Shown: positions 10,262 through 19,788, numbered from the stretch's first letter. The stretch: 64,000 nucleotides of DNA from an uncultured bacterium (GCA_903855135.1 CAINYB010000027.1:18679-82678); one strand, 5' to 3'. Numbers and translations are program-made. Notes: generated by a model from the letters alone, not told the origin.

Positions 10262-10588
10262 TTATCGTTGGCGCAGACCTAGGACAAGATTTGCCCTTTT
10301 AATTTTTTTGAAAACACATTCAATGCATAGACGTTTTTTTGGTGGCAAGAATATAGCTATCTGTTGTTGAACTTTCTTGCCTAGGGAACTATCGAGTCGC
10401 AAATAAAGATAGTTTTGTTGATTTTGTACTATGGTGACGCGGAAGCCTGTCCAGGGTTTAGTTGGTTGTTTGCAAGCATTGCAAGAACAAAAAGTTGGCA
10501 TTTGTTCAAAGCTTACTTCAGCGTGATACTTTTTACGTCGTTTTTTGCCACGACTACGGCACTGATGAGTCAAAAGAATGGTTGCCAC
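10262..10588 (-). CDS. Basic Cys-rich orphan protein (solo cassette)
   Basis: GGAGG SD before GTG; TTGACA-17-TATTAT promoter; two CxxC pairs; hairpin at 10236-10257. Confidence 0.6.
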   Translation of the reverse strand: MATILLTHQCRSRGKKRRKKYHAEVSFEQMPTFCSCNACKQPTKPWTGFRVTIVQNQQNYLYLRLDSSLGKKVQQQIAIFLPPKKRLCIECVFKKIKRANLVLGLRQR

Positions 10589-10736
10589 GATACCCTCCGT
10601 TTTGGTAAGGTGCCACTAGCTTAATTTAGTTTAATAATAGATTGTTATTTTAGTCTTGTCAAAAAAAAGGTGCTTATTGTTTTTTGGGGCCATTTATGCT
10701 ATGGTTTAATTGAAAAATTATAATAAATAGATACAT

Positions 10737-12614
10737 ATGCAAGTAAATATAAAAGCTATTTTTGAGCAAAAACGATATTTAGTATTGTTTTTGCTATTTA
10801 CGCTTGGTGCTTATGCGGCGATACAAAGTGTTTTGACTAGAGGGGAAGTACAATATGCGGCTAAAAATGTGGAAATTCCTTTAGTAGACGAAGTAAAATC
10901 AACTGAAGAGTCAGAAGAGGCAAATGTTATCACACCAGAAGTCTTGGGAGATAGAGTAGTGAATGAGGATAATTTTTTTGGAGCCAAACAGCCAAATTTG
11001 CTAAAAAAGTTAGCAGACAAACCAAAAGTAAGTATTTTAACTGATGAAAATGAAGCACCTAAAATCGTTTTAGGCTACAAAGAAGGTTTAAATGAAGCTT
11101 GGGATATCTGTAGTGATATAGAGCTAGCCAAATCTTTTGGTTTTGATACTAGCTCTTGCCAGTCTAATGATAATCAAGGGCAATTAGTTGATAGTCTTGT
11201 TATCAATAATAATCGTGGTGGTGGAGGTGGTGGCCAACAGGTTGTAGAGCCGATACCAGTTGAGGAAGCTGTTATTATTCCACCAACAGAACCAGAAGCT
11301 TATACGAGTAGTAGCCAAGCTCTTTTGACTAGTTTTAAAATTGGTGGCCAAGAGGTGATGGGTAAAAGAGGTTCTGAGCCGATGTCTAGGACGGGAGCTA
11401 GCTATAAATCTGGCGTTATGTTGAAAGTACTGGTACCTTATACTTTTACTGGCATTGAGCTAGATACGATTGCACCAGTAAATCAAATAGTGGTTTATAT
11501 TTATCAAGAAGGTGAAGGTTGGAGCACTTGGGCTTTGAATTATCCCGAGGCTGGTGGCGAAGAGGCTCTAGCTACTTTTCTTTTGAAGCACAAAGCAACG
11601 GTAGTGGTAAAAGTAGTTTCAGAAGATTTATCTACTACCAATTGGTATAAAGCTAAAGTTTTTGATCCTGAAGATTTAGATCAGATCCCAGACTTTTTAA
11701 CAAAATTTCAAGTTGGCGATAGAGATGTTTTGCCTTTATTAGGCTTAAGTATGGATTATCACTCTTTGAATATGGTTGATTTTGGTGCCTCTTTATTGGT
11801 GCCTGATTTTACTAATTTTAAAGGGGTAAAAGTAGAGCTTAATAATTTTGATAATTTTGTGGAAGCTAAAGTTTTGATTTATCGCATTGGTTGGAGTACT
11901 TGGGATTTGAAATATCCCGGAGCTATAGAAGATTTAGCTAACACGCCGATAAATAAAGATGAAATTATTATTCTAAAATTAAAGGACACAGAAAATAATA
12001 TTTTTTATTACAGGGTTAATGTTTTTGAGGGCTTAGAAGAAGCAACTGAAGTTGAGCAGATTAATGATCAGACCGAAGTTAGTGTTCCTAATGCAGATAG
12101 TAGCCTCAAAGATTTATTAGTTGGCGATTATGCGATTGATTTAGAAACAGCTAATGTCGGCTCAAATTGGTACACGACTTCAACCGGTGCAGTTTTGACG
12201 GTAGACAGTTTCGATAATTTAATCGGTGTCATGCCGCAGGCTAGTGATGAAAACAGTACTATTAAAGTACGAATTTATCGTAACGTTTGGATTACTTGGG
12301 AGTATGAAGTTGGTTTGGATTTAGTTGCCAAAGAGCAAATTATGCCAAATGATAGAATTGTGATCGAAGTGACCGCTGAAGATGGAACTACAACTTATTA
12401 TTATCAAGTGCAAGTTACTTTAAAAACAGAAGTAGAAAATCCTCCTATACAAATTAGTCCAGAGTCTGTGTCAGCTGATGAGGCTGTCAAGCCAGAGCCA
12501 GTAGAGGAGTTAAAGCCAGAAACTACAGATAATGATCAGCCAGAGCCAGAACTAAAAAAAGAAGTAGAGAAAGTAGCAGAAGAAATATCTACAGATAGCG
12601 TTAAAATAGAGTAA
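10737..12614 (+). CDS. Membrane-anchored surface protein with three internal beta-sandwich (cadherin-like) repeats
   Basis: N-terminal TM; three ~120-aa repeats (LLTSFKIG / FLTKFQVG / LKDLLVG ... W.TW ... VTAEDG). Confidence 0.7.
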   Translation: MQVNIKAIFEQKRYLVLFLLFTLGAYAAIQSVLTRGEVQYAAKNVEIPLVDEVKSTEESEEANVITPEVLGDRVVNEDNFFGAKQPNLLKKLADKPKVSILTDENEAPKIVLGYKEGLNEAWDICSDIELAKSFGFDTSSCQSNDNQGQLVDSLVINNNRGGGGGGQQVVEPIPVEEAVIIPPTEPEAYTSSSQALLTSFKIGGQEVMGKRGSEPMSRTGASYKSGVMLKVLVPYTFTGIELDTIAPVNQIVVYIYQEGEGWSTWALNYPEAGGEEALATFLLKHKATVVVKVVSEDLSTTNWYKAKVFDPEDLDQIPDFLTKFQVGDRDVLPLLGLSMDYHSLNMVDFGASLLVPDFTNFKGVKVELNNFDNFVEAKVLIYRIGWSTWDLKYPGAIEDLANTPINKDEIIILKLKDTENNIFYYRVNVFEGLEEATEVEQINDQTEVSVPNADSSLKDLLVGDYAIDLETANVGSNWYTTSTGAVLTVDSFDNLIGVMPQASDENSTIKVRIYRNVWITWEYEVGLDLVAKEQIMPNDRIVIEVTAEDGTTTYYYQVQVTLKTEVENPPIQISPESVSADEAVKPEPVEELKPETTDNDQPEPELKKEVEKVAEEISTDSVKIE

Positions 12615-12720
12615 TAAATTTTAAAACAAAAACCCCCGCGACGCGGGGGTTTTTGTTACTCTTGACAATTTTTAATAACTGTGCTATTATATAGTATCTT
12701 ATTAAATAAGCAGTGAAACT

Positions 12721-12993
12721 ATGAAAAAAGTTTTAAAAGTAATGAAATTTGGATTTTTCTTAAGCGTGGTTTTTATTTTAGGATTAGTTTTAAGCGGTAT
12801 GAACATACAGTCTGCTTCTGCTAAGAGCAATGCATCTGTTTATAATTATCATTATAATTATAAAGTTTATCCTTATAATTATAACTACTCATATTTTAGC
12901 ATCTTTGCTAAAAATAGAGACACCGATAATCATAAATTTGTAGTACCGACTAAAACACAAGTTAAAGTAGCTTTAGAAAAAATCTTAAAATAA
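12721..12993 (+). CDS. Small secreted Y/N-rich protein
   Basis: Signal peptide ending ASA; own promoter and terminator (13012-13041); C-terminus homologous to that of the next gene. Confidence 0.7.
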   Translation: MKKVLKVMKFGFFLSVVFILGLVLSGMNIQSASAKSNASVYNYHYNYKVYPYNYNYSYFSIFAKNRDTDNHKFVVPTKTQVKVALEKILK

Positions 12994-13096
12994 ATTTTTA
13001 CAGTAATTTGAAAAAACAGCCTTGACCTCAGGCTGTTTTTTGTGTTTAATTATAATAGTTATTTTATTCTCATTTAAAAAATTTTAAAATAAAAAA

Positions 13097-13936
13097 ATGA
13101 AAAAATTTAAAAAAATCAAGCTACTTATCTTAAGTGTGCTTGTTGCTATTTTCTCTGTAAGTTTTGATATTGCTTCGACTAAAGCCGTTGGTAATCATAT
13201 ATCCGGTTCTTTATTGACTAGAGATGGAGTAGCTGGTTCGGCGGTTTATTTGATTGGCGCGGATAATAAAAAGTATATTTTTCCAGATAGCAAAACATAT
13301 TTGACATGGTATGATGGTTTTTGGCTGGTGCAAAAAGTTTCCTTAGAAGAATTAGACCTTTATCCTGATGGTGGGGCTGTCACTTATCGGCCGGGTACCA
13401 AATTATTAAAGCATGCGGATAGTAATAAAGTTTTTGCTATTGAGGCTGGTGGAGTTGCTCGTCATATCCCTACAGCTGCTATTGCTAGCGAGTTATATGG
13501 TGCTAATTGGACGAGTCTAGTGCAAGATATAGATCCTGGTATTTTTGTGTCTAATTATACAGAAGGAGAGGCGCTTTCTATTGACGCTTTGCCAACAGGC
13601 ACATTGGTGAGAGGGGTGAATGATTATAATACTATCTGGTATGTTCAAGATGGTGTAAAAAGAAAATTTGAGTCAATGGCTAGTTTTACAGCTAACAATT
13701 TTAATATTTTAAATGTTGTGACTATAAAGAATTTAAATCAGTATGTCACGGCTAATAATATTTCTGCTAGAGAATCCAGTTTAGCTGATTATATAACCAA
13801 TAAAAACATAGTACAGCCAATTTATCATTATATTCGTTTTTCTTTTTCTGCTAAAAATAGAAATATCGATGAACAAAAAATTTTTGTGCCCACCAAAGAG
13901 CAATTAACAATGGCTTTAAAAAATGTATTTAAATAA
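13097..13936 (+). CDS. Secreted CPR-type surface repeat protein
   Basis: Signal peptide; AVYLIGADNKKYIFPDSKTYLTWY domain paralogous to the C-terminus of 42684-44942. Confidence 0.75.
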   Translation: MKKFKKIKLLILSVLVAIFSVSFDIASTKAVGNHISGSLLTRDGVAGSAVYLIGADNKKYIFPDSKTYLTWYDGFWLVQKVSLEELDLYPDGGAVTYRPGTKLLKHADSNKVFAIEAGGVARHIPTAAIASELYGANWTSLVQDIDPGIFVSNYTEGEALSIDALPTGTLVRGVNDYNTIWYVQDGVKRKFESMASFTANNFNILNVVTIKNLNQYVTANNISARESSLADYITNKNIVQPIYHYIRFSFSAKNRNIDEQKIFVPTKEQLTMALKNVFK

Positions 13937-16019
13937 AAATAAAATACTTTTCTTTTCGGCGGTTTTATTTATTTTGACTATTTTAGGTTGCTTTAGATAT
14001 TTATCAGGCTTTTTTGGCTTGATAATTTTATTTTTATTTTTTGCTACTAATACTCTCTATTTATTTCATTTTCTAAAAACAAAATTTTTTAAAAATATAG
14101 ACATTGCTTCAACGGCTATTTTATTGCTATGTTTTTATATTTTTGGTTTATCTATTATTTATTATATTTTTGGTCTGACTAGCTATTCGGTGGCTATTTT
14201 TGTAGCTTTGATAGCATTAGTTTTAATATTTTTATACAAATTTTTTCAAGTAAAAATAAAAATAATTAAATTTAATATTAAGCCATTTTTTAATTTTTGG
14301 CTATTATTATCGCTTGGTTTTTTTCTTTATTTTTTCTTTTATTTTTGGCAACATCAGATTTTAGATGGTAGACCTAGCCCTTGGCCGAGTCTATGGTGGA
14401 TTGGTTTTATACTCTTTGCTATTTGGTCAGCGCTGTTATTTTATTTTTATTTTAAAAAGCAAAATAATTGGCATAATTTTTTGTATTTATTATTAGCTAA
14501 TATCGTAGTCGCTATCACTCATGTTTTGAGTTATGGCTATGATTCTTTGATTCATCAGTCTTCTCTCAAGTTTATAGCCGAGCATGGCCAGATCACGCCC
14601 TTGAGTCCTTTTTATATCGGGCAATATTCATTAGAAGTTTTAGTTAACTTTTTTACTAGAGTTGATTTTGTTTTGATTGAGAGATGGTTTTTGCCTTTAT
14701 TTTTTATGACTTTAGTTTGGATATTGGGAAAATTAATTTTAAATAGAGTTTTTAAAGAGCAAAATCTATTTCCTTTAGTTTTATCAGTAATTTTACTGAT
14801 ACCTGATGTATTTTCTGCTTCTTCTCCTTTTGGCTTTTCTTTGCTTATTTCTGTGATAGCTATTGCTTATTTATATTTATTTATCAAAACAGAAGAAAGA
14901 CATTTTTACATTTTATCTGTAAGTACAGCTGTAGCTTCTTTGTTTATTCATCCTTTTGTTGGTTTAAATATTATTTTATGGATTTTATATTGGCCTTATT
15001 ATAAAAAAATAAAAAATAAAATTTGGCGAAAAATTTCTTTATTATTGACTTTTATTTTATCATCTACAGCCGTTGTTTTGGCTTTTGCGTTTTATAATTG
15101 GCTCAGTAATAAAGTTTTAGTTATTTATAATCCGATTTCTTATTTGGCAGATTTTTTTAATATTTTTGGTGATCCCATTTGGTATATTAGAAATGGTTAT
15201 TCAGTTTTAGAGTATATTATTTATTTTTACGAGCGTACACATTTCTTTTTATTGCTTTTATTTGTTTGGTATTTTTTTCCGCTAAAGATTTTTGGTAAAT
15301 ATAAAGAAAATCTTATATCTTTAGTTATTTTGAGCTCTTTGATTTCAGCTTGGTTTTTTATCTCGGCCTTGAGTATCAATAATTATTATTATGGTGATCA
15401 AGTAAATTACTCTTATCGTCTAGTGCAAGTGGCTAAATGGTTATCTTGGCCATTATTTTTAGCCTTAATTTGGCAAATGTTAGCTTGGTTAAAAAAACAA
15501 AATAAATTTTTGATATTTTTTATTACTTTTTGTTTAGTTATGTTGATGACGGGGGCTTGGTATTTGACTTATCCTCGTCAAGATAATATTTCTCACATGT
15601 CAGTCAATAGTGCGCGTGCTATTGACTTAGAGGCTATTGAAGAAATTTATCAAAATGAAAATGGTAAAGATGGTTATTTAGTATTAGCTAATCAGCTTTT
15701 TGGTGCTTTAGCGGTGAAGCAATATGGTTTTGGGCCATATTATAAAGATAGTGCAGAGGAATTTTTGTATTATTCTTTACCATGGGGTGGGCAATTAGCT
15801 AAATTGTATAATCAATTTATGACCGAAGAAAATGGTGAGATTGATACATATTTAGACAAAACTAAAAGTATAGCTAATTCAGTTGGTTTGCATAAATTTT
15901 ACTTTATTTTTACCGATGCTTGGGCGCCACAAAACCCAACAGCTAAAGCACTAGAACTCAAGGCTAGTCAACATTGGCAAGTCGAAGATAAGGTGTTTAT
16001 TTATAAGTTTGAGTTCTAG
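13923..16019 (+). CDS. Polytopic membrane protein, possibly GT-C glycosyltransferase-like
   Basis: Many TM segments, YGYDSLIHQ loop, HPF motif, soluble C-terminal domain; function inferred. Confidence 0.55.
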   Translation: MYLNKNKILFFSAVLFILTILGCFRYLSGFFGLIILFLFFATNTLYLFHFLKTKFFKNIDIASTAILLLCFYIFGLSIIYYIFGLTSYSVAIFVALIALVLIFLYKFFQVKIKIIKFNIKPFFNFWLLLSLGFFLYFFFYFWQHQILDGRPSPWPSLWWIGFILFAIWSALLFYFYFKKQNNWHNFLYLLLANIVVAITHVLSYGYDSLIHQSSLKFIAEHGQITPLSPFYIGQYSLEVLVNFFTRVDFVLIERWFLPLFFMTLVWILGKLILNRVFKEQNLFPLVLSVILLIPDVFSASSPFGFSLLISVIAIAYLYLFIKTEERHFYILSVSTAVASLFIHPFVGLNIILWILYWPYYKKIKNKIWRKISLLLTFILSSTAVVLAFAFYNWLSNKVLVIYNPISYLADFFNIFGDPIWYIRNGYSVLEYIIYFYERTHFFLLLLFVWYFFPLKIFGKYKENLISLVILSSLISAWFFISALSINNYYYGDQVNYSYRLVQVAKWLSWPLFLALIWQMLAWLKKQNKFLIFFITFCLVMLMTGAWYLTYPRQDNISHMSVNSARAIDLEAIEEIYQNENGKDGYLVLANQLFGALAVKQYGFGPYYKDSAEEFLYYSLPWGGQLAKLYNQFMTEENGEIDTYLDKTKSIANSVGLHKFYFIFTDAWAPQNPTAKALELKASQHWQVEDKVFIYKFEF

Positions 16020-16081
16020 CTAAAACACTTGAATTATTTGTTGATTTCCTGTATAGTAGCCTCTAATTAGTTGATAAAATT

Positions 16082-17533
16082 ATGGCCGAAGAAGTAGTTT
16101 TGAGATTTAGTGATGTCACCTTTGAATATCGAGAAAGACAGCCCATCCTAGATGAGGTGAGTTTTAGTGTGCGTAGAGGTGCAAAAATCACTCTGATGGG
16201 TCAAAATGGTGCTGGTAAGAGCACAATTTTTAATTTGATCAAAGGTAGCTTAAAGCCAAAGAGTGGCCAGGTTTCTTATCAAAATGATGCGACGATTGCT
16301 ACCGCGCAACAAATGATCGCTCGAGAAGATTATTCTTTAAGTATAGCTGAATATTTTGCTAAAGCTTTTACCCAAGTAATTCCTGGCTTAAAAAGTCAGA
16401 TTGCCAAAGTATTAGAAGCGGTGAATCTGGATGTAGACATGGAAAGAAAAGTTGGTGATTTGTCCGGTGGACAGCAGGCTAGATTATTATTAGCTTTTGC
16501 TTTGATCCAAAATCCGGATATTTTATTATTAGACGAGCCAACTAATAATCTCGATGAAGCGGGGATTGATCACCTGGTACAGTTTTTGATCATGTATGAT
16601 AAGACCGTGATCGTCATTTCTCATGACGCGGATTTTTTAAACTGTTTTACTGAAGGTGTTATTTACCTAGATGTTCATACTAAAAAAATAGAAAATTATG
16701 TCGGTGACTATTATTCAGTGGTAGAAGAGATAGCTAAGCGTATCGAAAGAGAAATCAAAAAAAATGCACAGCTAGAAAAAACTATCCAAGATCGTAAAGA
16801 TAAAGTGAATTTTTTTGCGAACAAAGGTGGTAAGATGAGACAGTTAGCTAGAAAACTCAAAGAAGAAACAGAAGTTTTGGAAGAAAATAAAGTAGACGTC
16901 AGACGTGATGATAAAGTAATCAGAGATTTTGAAATTCCTCGTCAAGATATCGTCGGTGAGCTAGTAAATATCCAAACAGTCAAAATCATCAAAAACCATG
17001 AGCCGGTTATTAAAAAAGTAGAGAAAATTTTGCGCAATCAAACTCGCATGCTAGTTTCTGGTCCAAATGGTATCGGTAAAAGTACGCTCTTAAGATCACT
17101 AGTAGAAAATAAGGAAGAAGGTGCAAAAATAAAGCCAGAGGTGATCATCGGCTATTATAGCCAAAATTTTTCTAACTTAGACTTTGATCAAACCGTGATG
17201 GAATCTTTAGAGAGTGTGCGTCTAGATGGCTATAGCGTCCAAGATATGCGCTCAATGGCGGCTGGCTTTTTGATCACTGGAGATTTGATGGGTCGCAAAA
17301 TAGGCGAGCTGTCCGAAGGGCAAAAAGGTTTATTGGCTTTTGCTAGATTAGTTTTGATGAAACCAGGTTTATTGATTTTAGACGAGCCGACTAATCATAT
17401 CAATTTTCGTCACATTCCAGTGATTGCCAAAGCTTTGAATCATTATGAAGGAGCTATTATTTTGATCAGTCATATGCCGGATTTTGTCAAAGAAATAAAA
17501 ATCAATGAATATCTAGATTTAGGTAAATTATAG
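16082..17533 (+). CDS. ABC-F family ribosome-associated ATPase
   Basis: Two ABC domains (GQNGAGKS, LSGGQ, LDEPTNN; GPNGIGKS, LDEPTNH), no TM segments. Confidence 0.93.
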   Translation: MAEEVVLRFSDVTFEYRERQPILDEVSFSVRRGAKITLMGQNGAGKSTIFNLIKGSLKPKSGQVSYQNDATIATAQQMIAREDYSLSIAEYFAKAFTQVIPGLKSQIAKVLEAVNLDVDMERKVGDLSGGQQARLLLAFALIQNPDILLLDEPTNNLDEAGIDHLVQFLIMYDKTVIVISHDADFLNCFTEGVIYLDVHTKKIENYVGDYYSVVEEIAKRIEREIKKNAQLEKTIQDRKDKVNFFANKGGKMRQLARKLKEETEVLEENKVDVRRDDKVIRDFEIPRQDIVGELVNIQTVKIIKNHEPVIKKVEKILRNQTRMLVSGPNGIGKSTLLRSLVENKEEGAKIKPEVIIGYYSQNFSNLDFDQTVMESLESVRLDGYSVQDMRSMAAGFLITGDLMGRKIGELSEGQKGLLAFARLVLMKPGLLILDEPTNHINFRHIPVIAKALNHYEGAIILISHMPDFVKEIKINEYLDLGKL

Positions 17534-17540
17534 TTGTGAT

Positions 17541-17570
17541 TTGACAAAAATTGAGTTTTATACTTATATT
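17541..17570 (+). promoter_or_regulatory. sigma70-type promoter of the Asn leader/tRNA-Asn unit
   Basis: TTGACA (17541) -18- TATATT (17565); implies a start site at about the ATG at 17576. Confidence 0.7.
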
Positions 17571-17575
17571 AAGGT

Positions 17576-17635
17576 ATGAGTTACCAAAAACACAATAACA
17601 ATAATAATGATAATAACCGATTCATGGACCGGTAA
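17576..17635 (+). CDS. Putative Asn-rich attenuator leader peptide MSYQKHNNNNNDNNRFMDR
   Basis: 7 Asn codons (AAT and AAC) among 8 consecutive codons; its 3' end overlaps the antiterminator arm; directly upstream of tRNA-Asn. Confidence 0.8.
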   Translation: MSYQKHNNNNNDNNRFMDR

Positions 17636-17660
17636 TTTTTGGTATTTAATTTTAAATTTC

Positions 17661-17690
17661 AAAACCGGTCCCAAAAGGACCGGTTTTTTT
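17661..17690 (+). terminator. Intrinsic terminator (attenuator) before tRNA-Asn
   Basis: AAAACCGGTCC-CAAAA-GGACCGG-TTTTTTT; 5' arm is also complementary to GGACCGGT at 17626-17633. Confidence 0.85.
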
Positions 17691-17697
17691 GTCTTAT

Positions 17698-17772
17698 TCC
17701 CCTGTAGTTCAAAGGTAGAACGTTGCACTGTTAATGCAAATGTTGCAGGTTCGAGTCCTGCTGGGGGAGCCA
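17698..17772 (+). tRNA. tRNA-Asn(GTT)
   Basis: Anticodon arm TTGCA-CTGTTAA-TGCAA, T-loop, CCA. Confidence 0.96.
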
Positions 17773-17792
17773 AATAATTAAAGAAATTTCCC

Positions 17793-17821
17793 TTGTATTT
17801 TTCTCTGATTTTAGGTATTAT
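17793..17821 (+). promoter_or_regulatory. Possible internal promoter for asnS
   Basis: TTGTAT-17-TATTAT. Confidence 0.5.
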
Positions 17822-17844
17822 TTAATCAAGTTTTTATAAATTTT

Positions 17845-19134
17845 ATGGAAAAAGTATTAATCAAAGATTTAGCAAAATTCGTTGATCAGGAAGTTAAAAT
17901 CCAGGCTTGGGTGGCTAATTTTCGCTCTAGTGGCAAAATTGCTTTTTGGCAATTACGCGACGGCTCTGGTTTTGTGCAAGCTATTTTGAATTCAGCAGAT
18001 TTAGCGGCTGATAAATGGGAAGAAACAGGAAAAGTCACTTTAGAAACTTCAGTGGAGCTAGAAGCGACCGTTTCCAAACATCCAAAGAAAGAGGAATATG
18101 AGCTACAAGTCAAAAATTTTGCGTTTATTCAGATTGCTTCAGAATACCCGATAGCCAAAAAAGAACATGGTGTTGATTTTCTGATGGACAATAGACATTT
18201 ATGGCTTCGTTCTAGTCACCAATGGGCAATTATGCGCGTGCGTAATACTTTGATTTCCGCTACTTATGATTTTTTTAGAGAAAATAATTTTATCAAAATA
18301 GATTCTCCGATTTTGACACCAAATGCTTGTGAAGGCACGACAGAATTATTTGAGCTAGATTATTTTGATGATAAGGCTTATTTATCCCAAAGTGGACAAT
18401 TATATTTAGAAGCAGCAATTTTTGCTCACGGACGGGTATTTGATTTTGGGCCTGTGTTTAGAGCAGAAAAATCAAAGACCAGAAGACATTTGGCTGAATT
18501 TTGGATGATGGATGCGGAAATGGCTTTTTGTGATTTGGCAGAAAATTTAGAGACCCAAGAAAAATTAATTCGTTTCATGGTCTCGGCTGTGTTAGAAAAA
18601 AATAAAGCAGAACTTGCTATTTTAGAGCGTGATCTTATGCCATTGGAAAATATCTTGAAACCGTTTCACAAAATCACTCATGATGAAGCAGTCAAGCAAT
18701 TGCAATCTTTGGGCTCTGATATCAAGTCAGGAGAAGATCTAGGAGCTGATGATGAAACTATTTTGACTAAGCAGTATGATAATCCAATTTTTGTCACGCA
18801 TTATCCGAGAAGTATAAAGGCTTTTTATATGAAGCCAGATCCAAAAAATCCAGATAGAGCTTTGTGCGCTGATTTACTAGCACCTGAAGGCTACGGCGAA
18901 ATCATCGGTGGCTCACAAAGAGAAGATGATTATGACAAGTTATTACAACGCATCAAAGAGCACAAATTGCCAGAAGAAGCTTTTAAGTGGTATTTAGACT
19001 TGCGTAAATATGGCTCTGTGCCACATGGCGGTTTTGGCTTTGGTTTAGAGCGTATTGTGGCTTGGGTTTGTGGCTTGCAACATGTGAGAGAAACAATTCC
19101 TTTTGCCAGAACTATTAATCGTTTAAATCCATAA
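17845..19134 (+). CDS. asnS: Asparagine--tRNA ligase
   Basis: RSSGKIAF, YLSQSGQLYLEA, FRAEKSKTRRHL, PHGGFGFGLER. Confidence 0.96.
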   Translation: MEKVLIKDLAKFVDQEVKIQAWVANFRSSGKIAFWQLRDGSGFVQAILNSADLAADKWEETGKVTLETSVELEATVSKHPKKEEYELQVKNFAFIQIASEYPIAKKEHGVDFLMDNRHLWLRSSHQWAIMRVRNTLISATYDFFRENNFIKIDSPILTPNACEGTTELFELDYFDDKAYLSQSGQLYLEAAIFAHGRVFDFGPVFRAEKSKTRRHLAEFWMMDAEMAFCDLAENLETQEKLIRFMVSAVLEKNKAELAILERDLMPLENILKPFHKITHDEAVKQLQSLGSDIKSGEDLGADDETILTKQYDNPIFVTHYPRSIKAFYMKPDPKNPDRALCADLLAPEGYGEIIGGSQREDDYDKLLQRIKEHKLPEEAFKWYLDLRKYGSVPHGGFGFGLERIVAWVCGLQHVRETIPFARTINRLNP

Positions 19135-19136
19135 AT

Positions 19137-19421
19137 ATGACACAATTTGAACAATTTGAAGGTTTAGAAGAAAATCATGATATAGCTAATGAAGCGGAAG
19201 AAGATTTATTAATTAATGTGAAATTATGGAAAGAAGGAGGTTGTAATCTAGGAAGACTAGCTGAATCAGAATTTATATTTGGACCATTGGCATATTTAGT
19301 AGAAAAAGGTGATCATAAATTTTCCCCAGAACTATTAGCATTATTAAGAGAAAATAGAATATTATTATCTGTAAATTCTGATATTAAAGCAGAATTAGAT
19401 AAAATTTTAGATAAAAATTAA
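19137..19421 (+). CDS. Small acidic hypothetical protein
   Basis: ORF starts 2 nt after the asnS stop. Confidence 0.6.
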   Translation: MTQFEQFEGLEENHDIANEAEEDLLINVKLWKEGGCNLGRLAESEFIFGPLAYLVEKGDHKFSPELLALLRENRILLSVNSDIKAELDKILDKN

Positions 19422-19432
19422 TAAATAAATTT

Positions 19433-19657
19433 ATGCATGAAGGAGATTTTTTTCCAGAGCCAAGAGAAGAAAAACCAGCTTCAGATCAAGAACAAACAAT
19501 GAGAGATATTGAAAGAGTTGGCGTATCTAGTGCTTTGAGAATGATGACGAATTTAAAAGAATTAAGAAAACAAAGCCTTGAACCTAGTGAAGAAGTTTTA
19601 GAATCTTTATCTTTATTGAAATATCAGTTGGATGAATATTTGAAAAATGAAGAATAA
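19433..19657 (+). CDS. Small acidic hypothetical protein
   Basis: Operon-like spacing with the preceding ORF. Confidence 0.6.
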   Translation: MHEGDFFPEPREEKPASDQEQTMRDIERVGVSSALRMMTNLKELRKQSLEPSEEVLESLSLLKYQLDEYLKNEE

Positions 19658-19685
19658 TTAAGACTCGCTTATCAAGCGAGCTTTT

Positions 19686-19761
19686 GCCGAGATAGCTCAG
19701 TTGGTAGAGCAATGGTATCGTAAACCATGGGCCGCAGGTTCGACTCCTGTTCTCGGCTCCA
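19686..19761 (+). tRNA. tRNA-Thr(CGT)
   Basis: Anticodon arm ATGGT-ATCGTAA-ACCAT, CCA. Confidence 0.95.
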
Positions 19762-19788
19762 GCATTAAAAATTTTAAAACAAAATTTT

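Noticed and set aside
17564-17773. Minus-strand 69-aa ORF MAPPAGLEPAT...IIIIIVIV
   Set aside because: Antisense translation of tRNA-Asn and of the Asn codon run; the promoter, terminator and tRNA are all on the plus strand.
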